A stretch of DNA of 62,299 nt, counting the filler, from Rhizaria sp. SCN 62-66 (lineage: Eukaryota): the NCBI GenBank assembly GCA_001724265.1. It is 5 parts of 5 records of this genome, joined end to end, with 100 filler letters (N's around TTAATTAATTAA, not from the genome) between each part and the next. Parts side by side here need not be neighbours in the genome. Positions count along the whole stretch, not along the records: positions 32,879 to 53,064 come from MEDY01000581.1; 4 more parts are not named here. One strand, written 5' to 3'. The position numbers and the translations under genes were made by a program. Under the pieces are notes generated by a model, which had not been told where the DNA came from, did no database searches, and was given only the letters and a program-made list of their open reading frames with translations. The stretch's first letter is position 1, and each line of letters starts with the position of its first letter. Below, piece by piece: positions 36,009 through 46,700 of the stretch.

Positions 36009-37820
36009 TTCGACGAAAGACAGGGAAGGCAGTCACACCATCGGATCAAATCGACAACATCAATGAACATTCCAAAGAGAAGGCCCCAATCACAATGAGA
36101 GGGACATAAACTCACTTACGTTACGACAAATCAAAGTAGAAAGAGAGAAAAAGGCTGTATTGGCTAGGCCAGTTTAGCGGTTCGGTTTTTTTTGTCCCCA
36201 CTAATACTTTGACTAAATCAAACGATGAACTTGTGTCCATAAACAAAATTTTATCCGATATCACGTGGTCAAATTTTTAGACGTTCATATATCACTCCTA
36301 TCTCTAGCAAACGAAGAATTGAGCTCGGTGCGGAATTGGTGGCTGATCGAAACGAGCCAAGCAGTGTGAGGACAATCTAGGCACAATTATTTTGAGATAG
36401 CACACCATAATACGAAATACTCAATTGACATTACCAATTCCAATATGTCACATTTATGTAATGCAAATATTCACCGTCGCGTTAACTTTGTTTTCAACGC
36501 AACATCAACTCAACCGTAATCTCTCTTTCGGCCTCCCTATCGACGTCTCCCTTTGACGTCGCGCCACTTTCCTTCGTGTCTCGCAGCGGCCTCTCATGCG
36601 TCTTACGCCTCTGCTAGTGGCTCTCGCTGCGGCTTGGGCGCCCGCTTCCGCGACTTGCTCATTCACCAAGGACCAGTATTTTGTGGTGAACAACAAGACG
36701 CACCCCGTGCGCACGAGCCCTCTGCTCGACTATGTCTTCACGCCCGACGACACGTTCAGCTACTACGACACCGGCAAGGAATTCAAAGGCACCGGCTGGA
36801 CGGGCTACCTGCTCAACGTGACTTCGCAGCGCTGGATGGCGGACATCTCGACGCGCCCCGTGTGGTGACACAACGTGCTAGTGATCCGCCCGCACCAACT
36901 CAACATCGGCGCGCTCTACGTCACCGGCGACAATAACGAGGAGGGCAGCACGCCCAATGAGCTCTCCGTGGACGTCATCATTGCCTCCACGCTTGCCGTC
37001 GAGACCAACTCCGTCGTCACGATCCTCTATAACATCCCAAACCAGGAAATGGCCTTCAAGAAGCCCGATGGCACCTTTTACGAACAACCTCAGCGAAGAC
37101 GGGCTCGTCTCTTACACCTGGGCGCAGTACGTCGACGCTCCCGCGCGCGCCGAGCAGGTCGTCTACCTCCACATGGTCAAGTTCGTGTTTGCCACCATGG
37201 GCGCCATCGCAAACTACACCTCCAACCCCAAGTTCCAGCGTGACGGTACGTAAATACCACACATAGACCGCTATTAATCGCTCTTGAACAAACCAAGCGT
37301 CTCTTGTAATGTATTTTAATGTAGTTATCGCGTTATTTTAACTTTATTTGAGTCTAATGACATCATCTCATCTTAATCACTTGACTATTGTTTTAACTCA
37401 TATTTTTAGGTCGTTTCCCGACTCCTCTGACCGAGTTCATCGTCTCCGGCGCCTCCAAGCGCGGCGCCACGACTTGGCTCACCGGCATTGCAGACGCCGC
37501 GCTGCCTGCGGCGCAGCGCCGCGTCGTGGGCATCGTGCCCATCGTTTTCGACATCGTCGACTTCGAGAACTCCCTCAATCAGATGTTCAAGAACCTCAAC
37601 GCCTGGTCGTTCGCCTTCAATGACTACCGTAACCACGGCGTCACCAAGCTCATCGCACAGCCCGAGCGTCTGGAGCGCCTCACGTGCGTCATTGACCCAA
37701 TGAAGTACGAGTCCTTTGACTAGATTGCCCCCGCCCTCGTCATCTCCGCCACCGGCGACGAGTTCTTCCAGGTACGATATATATTCAATAACACGGCATA
37801 GTGGACTTTCGTTGCATGTA

Positions 37821-38735
37821 CAGTCGATTGTACAGATAGTGAGCGAAAATTTACAGATAGTGGTTGTTTTTTACGGTTTTTTAAACGTCGTCTGATTATT
37901 ATTTGAATACATTTTATATGTCCATCTCATCTTAAATTACACAATTTATATTTTTTTGCGCTCTCTTGATTCTATCCTAGCGAAAGATCGGAAAGGTACT
38001 TTCGCGACTTTGACTCCTATGCCGCCGAAGATGAGGACGTCTTCGAAGCCTCGCGAGTCTTAAGTCGAGAGCCAAAGGCGCAAATCAACTTTGTAAGTCA
38101 CTCCAACGGCGTAGTAGTCGCGGCTCATTCGATGCCGTTGCGTTCAAAGACTTTTTGAGCGTATTGTGCACCAGATGTGTCTCCTGCACCCAAGTGGTAC
38201 TCCTACTCTTGTGCTTGATAACGCACACATTCATCGCACCAGCATCATCCAACCTCTAATTAAGACATGCGGTGTAACTGTTGTGTATCTTCTACCCTAT
38301 TCATCTACTTTTAATCCGATCGAGAACCTCTTTTGGGTTATGAAGAGTCTGATCAACAAGCGCTGGCTGCCAAACCCGCACACTGACAAGGTACAAGTCC
38401 TTAAACTTGTTGAAGACGTCATCCGGGACCTCACGGAAATGACAAGGACCCACAATCTTGCTCGCTACTACTCGCACATGCGCAACCAAGTCAAGGCCAT
38501 CGGGCTGAGGGGTGAGATTACGTATCCCTCGGAGGATGTGTATGATGCACTCGATAAAATGAATGCAGCTAACAAGGCTAATAAGGATAATAAGAACAAT
38601 AATTAATGTAGTATATATAAAAATAGTTTCATTATTAATTACAATCGTTTTATTGAGATCGGCATTTTTGAATCTGAAAATACAAAAATCCACCACTTTC
38701 TGTAAATTTTCGCTCACTATCTGTACAATCGACGG
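37821..38735 (+). mobile_element. Tc1/mariner-IS630 superfamily DNA transposon, internally deleted (915 bp), inside an intron
   Basis: 43-bp terminal inverted repeats (37821-37863 and 38693-38735, 2 mismatches), TA on both flanks (37819-20, 38736-37), internal transposase remnant. Confidence 0.93.
38166..38606 (+). pseudogene. DD34E transposase C-terminal fragment
   Basis: LVLDNAHIH…YLLPYSSTFNPIENLFWVMK with 34 residues between D and E. The N-terminal HTH and first catalytic Asp are not visible. Confidence 0.9.
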
Positions 38736-41333
38736 TATATGTAAATTTAGCTTCAACACAGGCATTTCGTATCGTTGATGCGAACTTATGCACTTTTGTA
38801 GCTTTCTTCTTTGTTTTTCTCTTGTAGCCCTCTGACGACTGGTCCTGGTGGCCGCGCTTCACGAGCAAGTCATCCCTGCACGGCTCGCGCCACTACCGCC
38901 TGCACATTGCCAACGCCGAGCATGCCATGGTGACAGGTCTGCTCACTATGATCGGCTCCGTGCGCGGCTTCGTCACCGCGCTGCAGAAGCCCGACCCGGC
39001 AGCCGCGCTGCCAGCCGTCGAGGTGTCGCTGGCCGAGGACGGCACCGTCACCATGGCGGCGTCGGTCAAGCCCAGCGAGGTGCGTGTGTGGCACGCCGAG
39101 TCGCTGCCGTCGTCGCCGTTGGGCCGCCGGGACTTCCGCATGATTAAGGGCCACACGCCCGCGGGGCCGTGCACCCCGCCAGCGATCCTGCTCGAGGGCA
39201 TCTGCGTCAACCCTGTCATCTGGGCCTTGAGGAAGTCCGACGCCACGCAGCGCGCCGACGGCCGCTGGGAGGCGTCCACCGTCGCAGCCAAGCCCGCCGA
39301 CGAGGGCGTGTACGCGGGCTACTTCATCGAGATGAAATTCGCCGCCAAGCCTAAGGACCTCGTCTTCACCTCGCAGGTCGCCATGCAGCCCATGGCCTAT
39401 CCTTACGAGGGCTGCAAGACTGAGGAGCAGTGTCTCGGCGAGCTTGTGTAAGCTCCGCACAGCTTAATGTGGACTGCGATCTGATAACGACATCTTTTTG
39501 AGCTAAACTGAAACATGTGTATTGGTGTGGTCTTCTCGTAATCTGCTGCAGCCAGCTGCCTTCTCGGCATTCCTTCAACAGGGCGCGGTCTCCCAGTAAT
39601 GACGTAAGAGCAGTGACGACTGGACTATTAACAACAGCAGTTTTTTTACACATAAAATCAGCATCTCCAACAGTTATTTTTTTCCATTCTGCAACTGCGC
39701 TGTGGTTAGATTTTTTGAGGGTGGAGACAGTGAGGAAGATGCCAACTTTTGATGCCAACTTTTGATACTTTAAAGATGCTTCGTCAATGCCTCACATCAA
39801 CCAAGTTCCTCATGCTGCCAATTGTGAATTCGTTCTACTAGCAGATATTAATATTCATCGAGTACTAAATAAATTCCACTGCGGACATCATCACCATTTT
39901 TTTTACTGAAGAGAAAACGCTTGGCATGACGTTTTTCAGCATTTTAATTGATTTTTGGTCACGTAACACGATCATCGATGCAATAGATCGCCTTCCAAAC
40001 ATACAAGAGAATAACAACTTGTGGCACCAGAGTGCTCGGACGCAACTTGAACAACAGAAGCAGAACATAGCAGGACAATCTGTCTGGCTGCTTGCCCAGT
40101 TTCGCTCTTCCACCGCTGCGCTCCGCATGTCACTAGGTCACGGACTGCACCTCGTACCCTGTTTCTCATTCTCAAATGTTCAATAAAATAGAGACGTATA
40201 CAGGCACTATCATCCTCTCATAGCCTGCCGGTAACTATTCGTATCTGAGATTCAGTTGACCCAGCGAAAATCTTGACCGAAACTAAATCCCTCTGGCCGG
40301 TGGTAATCGGCAGGCAATACATGTTGTGAGATTGGGCTGATATCTATGGCCACTGTATTGGTACATATTGCGGCTAAAAACTAGCACAATATGTCCATGC
40401 AAGAGCGAGATGGTTAAAAGATAAAACAGTTACACGACGAAAAAACAAATAGTCGCACCGCATTGCGGGATTAAGATTACTTGATTTCAGGCTTCGGTGC
40501 CGTTAGCATTTTGATGACACGTCAATCTGCAACAAGAGTACGTATCTGGATAAGGATACCGATTGACATAATATATACAATTTACACGATATTAACTCGT
40601 AAATCAGATGAAGGAAGGGTCTGACCATTTCTTCGCGACTGCATCCTGACAGTTTCGATTGGTAGCATGAACGTGACTTTCCATGAAACAACAGTCTGCT
40701 TCATACAAACAACTATCCGTAAGCTTAACGTAAAAACATAATCGACAGAAAAATCAACACAACAACAAAAACAAAACAAAGCAACTAAAACAGTGTACTA
40801 TACACTCTCATCATAATTCTCCAATAACAAAATTGTAATTTTCAAAATAGTAATATGGAGTAACTACGATTAGTAAAATAAGGCACGATGGAAGAGACAG
40901 AACAAAACGTAAACGTAAAACACACACACATCCACGCACAAGCGCTGAGAGGGACAAAAAATTTACATAGACCAGCATACTCCTATAAAAACTGAAAACA
41001 GTAGTTTTAACTGAATACAAAGTGTCTGGTTTAGCTTTAGTCGTGGACATAGTCGCCAACGGTTTCGCGCCAAGGCGTTACCGGTAGGTCTAAATCTTAA
41101 ATTATCTGAGAAATGCAGACGACGTCACAATTTCAGTTTGATGACAACGGATGAGAAAATCACTTCTTTTATGTCCACCTACCTGTCATGGAGGAGAGAA
41201 ACTTGAAGTATTGCACAACAGCAAACCGAGATTGATATCGATATCAGAATCATATTCATATAGGCATCAGCTCATAGCAGTAGTGCCCAGAGCTTTCGGA
41301 TCTGTTTGACCGTGATCGTTAGCTCTTTGGTGA

Positions 41334-42614
41334 TTACATGTGCATGTACATGAGATTGCGCGCGCCGACGTCGAGGTTCACCACGAGCGTGGGATCATTA
41401 TGCTGCTCGCGTAGACGCTGCCGAGCCTCCGCTCCGGCAATCGCTTCTTCCGCTGCAGTCGCAGCATCAGCGTTGCCAAAGTCCTCAGCGCTGGCATCGT
41501 GACCGCGCGCAGCCACCCTGAACTTAGCGTTCTCGGTGGTCTGTATGGCCACCTGGTCGAACGTGCTGTTCCACGCTGGCATGGCACCAGTCTCCATCAC
41601 CAGCAAACCATCGTGTCCGCGCTCTGCCGCCGCAGTGCGGCCCGGAGCGACCTGGACAGCGTGCCTGCGACGGGCGTCACTCACGCGTTGCGCGTCGCTC
41701 TTGGCTGACATGAAGTCGGCCTCAGCAATAACCGCTTGGGTGGAGGCAACATTTCGACGATCGAGCGCGAGTTTCTTCTCGCGGAGCTGGTTTTGGCGCC
41801 ACTTGCGCATGATCTGCGGGACGTCATGGCCAAGAATGTAGGCCTCACGCAGACGCACGCGTAACGGTGCTAAGCTCATCTCCTCGCGCTGCAGCACGAT
41901 AAACGCGATGACAACGACGACGAAGAAAAGGATGACAAGCACGCAGATAAGTACAGTGGCGACAACCTTGGCCGAGTGCGAGAGCGTGTCGACGAAGAGG
42001 AAGTTGGCCAAGAAGAAGATCATGAACGACGTGCCCAGCGATAGGAACTCGACAGCGCCCGGAACGCGATTCTCGAACGGCTGGCCAAAGATCTGCAGCA
42101 AGATGCACACGAAGATCAACAGTGATGCAAGCAAGAGCTGAGTGTGCAGCGCACCGGGGAAGAAGACGGAAATGGCGACAAGCGCAGCCTTGCGAAACAT
42201 CTCATTGAGGAACCAATAGTAACGTGTGGGCTTGTAACCGCGGTACAGGAAGGCTATCTGCGATTCGAAGTTCTTCTTCTGCGCGCGCGTGATGTCAGAG
42301 GTGCCAGTAGCCGGTGCCTGGATAAGTGCGCGGTTACGGTATAAAATAGCCCACGCGAACAGCGGAATGCCGACGACCCAGAGGATAAACATCGGCACGC
42401 CAAGGACCAAGATAAACATGATGTGTTGGGAGGAGTAGCAGGGCTCGCTGAGGTCGCCGAGCATGAAGCTGGCGCCAGGGTCACCACCAATACTCTTGCA
42501 GGAAGCAACTGACAGGGAGAGGACGGACTTCACAGCGGCCGATGAAACAGAGGCAGACGTTAACACGAAAATGAAGATGCACAACATCGCCAAGAGCTGA
42601 AGCAGGGACAACAT
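41334..42614 (-). CDS. C-terminal multi-pass membrane domain of a protist Cys-rich receptor-like protein (5' part missing or displaced)
   Basis: DLSEPCYSSQH…GVPMFILWVVGIP…FLYRGYKPTRYYWFLNEMFRKAALVAISVF…QPF is typical of the TM module downstream of GCC2/GCC3 (ephrin-receptor-like) repeats. Ends TAA. Confidence 0.75.
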   Translation of the reverse strand: MLSLLQLLAMLCIFIFVLTSASVSSAAVKSVLSLSVASCKSIGGDPGASFMLGDLSEPCYSSQHIMFILVLGVPMFILWVVGIPLFAWAILYRNRALIQAPATGTSDITRAQKKNFESQIAFLYRGYKPTRYYWFLNEMFRKAALVAISVFFPGALHTQLLLASLLIFVCILLQIFGQPFENRVPGAVEFLSLGTSFMIFFLANFLFVDTLSHSAKVVATVLICVLVILFFVVVVIAFIVLQREEMSLAPLRVRLREAYILGHDVPQIMRKWRQNQLREKKLALDRRNVASTQAVIAEADFMSAKSDAQRVSDARRRHAVQVAPGRTAAAERGHDGLLVMETGAMPAWNSTFDQVAIQTTENAKFRVAARGHDASAEDFGNADAATAAEEAIAGAEARQRLREQHNDPTLVVNLDVGARNLMYMHM

Positions 42615-43799
42615 GTCGATGATAAATGTGACGCCAGTGGTGTGGGCCAGACAGATGTGTTAACGCTCGTCAAATGACCTCGAAGAGCCTGAACCTCGGT
42701 ATGGGTGCCTAGAAAGGAGAAAGTTTAAGAGCATGCAAATGTGAGCAGTGTGGTAAGAACATTGTGGTGTCAAAGCAATCTCCGAATTATGGTGCAATCC
42801 CACCGTAGACATAGTATGTTGACAGTGAGCTCGAACTTCCCAGAGGCTTGTATGTGAGTTTGTTTGCTTTGGTCGGCGGACTGGCTGGCTAGGAGGCAGG
42901 CAGGCTGGCAGCAGCCGGTGCGATTTTTTACGAACCGCTTACAAACCACTCCTAGGTTTTGCCACTCGATGCTGCATGCTTCTGAATCCCTTTTTTTACA
43001 TCCCTTTTGTATTGGAGTCACGACCACATGAGCGGTACGTAAGAATTTTACTGAACATGGACTGTCCGACATTTTCGCGATGCTTTTCTCGCTTGATTTC
43101 GAAGCATTCTTTCATATGACTCCATTTTTAACTCAAGTAATTGCACGTACAGTCAAGGTTCCCAGAAAGCACACAGCAGAGTTTTTTTTAATTATCATAC
43201 GTACACACCCATAGATGAATTCATGTATTGATTTTATCAGGACTATGCCGGCTAAGTTCAAAGAGAATGCAAGAAACTGTTCCGTACCTGCTAACGCTTT
43301 AATAAAGCACCGATCTAGATATAAAATTTGCTCTTGAAAACAAAAACTCAAGTTCGGCGAAAAAAAAAAATCCGGTATTTGAGAACAAGAAGTGGAAACG
43401 AATTGGGGTGGTATTTGTAATTTGACACCTCCCAGTCAAGGTCTTCCATCGTTTCACGTAAAATACGTAGTACATGAGATCACCTCAAGCTGGTAGGAGA
43501 ACAAAACACTCAAAAATTAAATAGTCGCCGGTCATTAAAGTAATTCTTATGATTCTTGTTCAGACGGAAACAAGCATGTGTCGACTAATCACACACTGCC
43601 TTCCGTTGTTACTTAAAAGTCAGCGTGGCTATACTGATGCGGCTGCAGCTACTGCTGCTCTTGCGACTGTCACCACGACTGCTGCTGTACGTTGATATAC
43701 TGCAGACCGTTCGCGGGTCGGAACATGTGCATTTGCATTTGCATTTGCATTTGCCTTTGCGCTTGTGTGCTGACGCATGCGCATGTGATTGCATTAAGA

Positions 43800-46700
43800 C
43801 TTATTTATCCTGATTTGCATGGACAGGTGCTTGCATACTGACAGTGCTGAACATGCGCGCGACATGCATGTGCGATGAGTGTACGGGGGAGTTCATACCG
43901 CCATGCCTCTGAGCAAGACTGCCGGGAGAGGTCAGCCGTCCGGGGGTGCATATTTGGGAGTTTGGCGTTGCAGGGGAGTTGCGAAGCGACTGGTAATAGT
44001 GCAGGTGCAAATGAAGTGGAACTATTTTATGCGGATGCGAGCCCTGGTGTGTCGCCAATTGCTGGTGCAGGTACTGGATGTGCGTCTGTTGGAGCGGAGA
44101 ACAATCAAGTGTCGCAGACGGCGAGGTAAGCGGGTGCCGCCGAGTGAATGACCAACCAAGACCCCCAGATGTGGCATTCATACGACGAACCAAAAGTGGA
44201 CTACCTGCAGAAGTCAAACGGTTGAGCAAGCATTTGCTGCTTTTGCAGCAGTTGCTGTGAATTGTGGTTTTGCAGTGTTGCCGCGATCCGCGTCGCTGCC
44301 GTATCAGCAACAGCCAATGACGGCAAAGCGGCGGTGGAACCATCGACCCAAGGTACGTCGGCGCCTAATTTGAGCAAGATGCTTTCTTCTCAGCAAGACG
44401 GCAGTATCCCATGTTTGATGATGCGCATGCATTTGCTGCAGAGGGACAACTTCACCCCCCAAGGGCAGCATGGCGCTGGCCATGGACGTATTGAATGGTG
44501 GGTTGGTCAGTAGAGCTGTTATGGATGTCGTTGGTCTCGTGGGAGCCGTAGCGATCAGACATTGGGTGATAGAAATGCTATGTAGCGAAGTTCCCCGTGT
44601 TTGGCATACTTTCGTTGCCATTAACGATAGCACCGGGGCACCACGCAGCAGCATGCATGAAACCAGTCATATTATGCACATCGTCAGAGGATAAGCCGAG
44701 TGGTTTGGCGACAGTGGATATCGGAGCCAAATCGGGAGGTGAGAAGTCGCTGATTGAGTCAGTTGGGGATCCCGGTTTGGAATAGCAAAACACAAAAGCA
44801 AAAATACAAACAAACAAAAAAAGACGGGAGGGGAGTCACACATGCAGCACAGGTGGGTCAGTTTAACACGAATTTGAGGAAGGATCACCGATTCACCGCT
44901 AAAACAGTTGTGTGTGCGTATTGCTTCTTTTGTCTGTGTGTGCGTGATATATTTACGACTACAACCCAATGGACTAACAAACGCACAGATTAATATCCGC
45001 ACATTGAACAAATTACAGTTTCACATTTAATCAATGATACAAAAATGAACAGGTGTATGATAGGCATACGAGCCCGGGAAGATGCCGCAAGGATGCACAG
45101 CCGGTGACAAATGCAGTAATTTGCCCAAGCGTCTCCTGTCACTGGCACTGGGGGCAGCTGGAAGTGGCAACGACGCTGACAACATGATACGAGGGCCAGG
45201 ACTGAGACTGGCCGAAAGACTTCGCTTCGCAGGCAACGAAGGGGACACCTGAGACTGCGACTGCACCAGCAACTGTGCATCGGGTTCCAAACAAAGCTAC
45301 TGGCGTTATAACCTGGCATCGCAATGTGAGGCGCATCGCCAGCGCCGCTGCTGTGCGAAGGAACAGAGACTGCATGCTGCATGCCATTACCAAGCGGCCT
45401 GTCACGGCTGTTGGCATTGGTAGCAATGGCGTTGCTGCGATTACGGCCCTGGACGTCGCTGTCACGTCCTTGTTACGGCATCATGAGCTGCCCATGATCT
45501 TGACTTTGTCGCCGTTGATCCGGCATGTATCGTTGCTGTTGTTGTTGCTGTTGTTGTAGATGCTGCTGCTGTTGCTATTCTTGCTGGTATTGTTGTGACT
45601 GCAGCTGCAACAAGGGTTGTGCCTGGGAGGGCGTTGGCAGCTGCACTCCAATGCAGGCATAGCGTGCATCGGCAAAAGTTGACAAGGGTCCCGGGCCTGT
45701 GAGAAACTTGTCCAGCCCACTTACACAGGACTGATAATCAACCCGCGCACTCAACTGGCTACTGGAGGTAATGCTGTCTCTTGACACCAAAATGTCGGGG
45801 AAACTTGCCTGTGAGCTGAAAGGAGAAATGTAGTGGTTGTTGCTCATCGTTGTCGTCAATACCTGCGGTGACAAACAGCCTTGCTCTTGTTGTTGAGAAG
45901 ATATCATGCCCAAATGGTGAGCCGTAACCCCGTGCGCTTCCAAGGACGGCAAAACAGGATACCTTGAGGGAACTGTCTTCACTGGTCCCAACTTTGGTGA
46001 TGCTGTGACCACGCTATCATAACTGCAGCTGGAGTGATCGTGCCCGCACGCAGTGCACCTGCCACCCCGAGCACAGGTCTTTAATTTGCGCGGAGGCGAG
46101 GACGAAAGTTGGCTGAATACGGTCAGATTCGGGGTCTCAACGACAACGGCAGGGCCGACGTCGCGTGCGGGAGCCATGGCTGCCTTCCGCCGAGCGGCTG
46201 CCTCAGCTACCGGCGGCGCGGCTGAGGATGCGGATGAGTCGCCCGACGTGACGTTTGACGAAGCAGCAGCGGAAACAGCATGGGGTGTTGACTGCCGACA
46301 AAGATCCACATGCAACGTACAAGCTTTCACTGAGGAGTGAGCCTCACATAGAGCTGCAGGCGCAGCCAATATGCTGCAGCTGCAACAGTCACTGACGTTC
46401 TGAACAGAATCATCGCAGTTAGGGGCGAAAGGAGCAGCCGGCATTACCGGCGGGTTGGCATAGAGTTTGCTTATCCATGGGTGCCAGCGTAACATCACCA
46501 CCAACACGTCACCGCGTACGGGGTCAAACATGAGGCCGAACGACTGTGGCACGCAAAGACAGTGTGGGGCAGATGACATCGCACGACGGGCTGGCGTACC
46601 AGCCTCTGGCACATTTGGATTATTTGCGGATCGGAGAGACGGGATGGACTGAAAGAGAGCATGTACAAGTAGGCTGGCTTTCGGTCAAATTTCTCGGCTG

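Larger units (their letters stand above)
36596..39451 (+). pseudogene. PqaA/AprA-family secreted alpha/beta hydrolase-like gene, disrupted (TGA 36866, frameshift ~37085); introns 37246-37409 and 37772-38827
   Basis: Signal peptide, LLDYV, YLLNVTSQRW, LYNIPNQ, FIVSGASKRGATTW (nucleophile motif), IDPMKY, ISATGDEFFQ|P, IANAEH, and C-terminus YPYEGCKTEEQCLGELV-TAA. In-frame TAG at 37721-37723. Confidence 0.85.

Noticed and set aside
36866-36868. In-frame TGA at a likely Trp position (PVW*HNVL), suggesting UGA=Trp
   Set aside because: Single case in a gene that also has a frameshift. TGA clearly ends P2X, Kish and other genes, so TGG>TGA mutation or error is simpler.
45473-45475. In-frame TAA (MMP*QGRD), suggesting UAA=Gln as well
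   Set aside because: Single case in a region with several frameshifts, while TAA is the credible stop of several genes. Not fully excluded.
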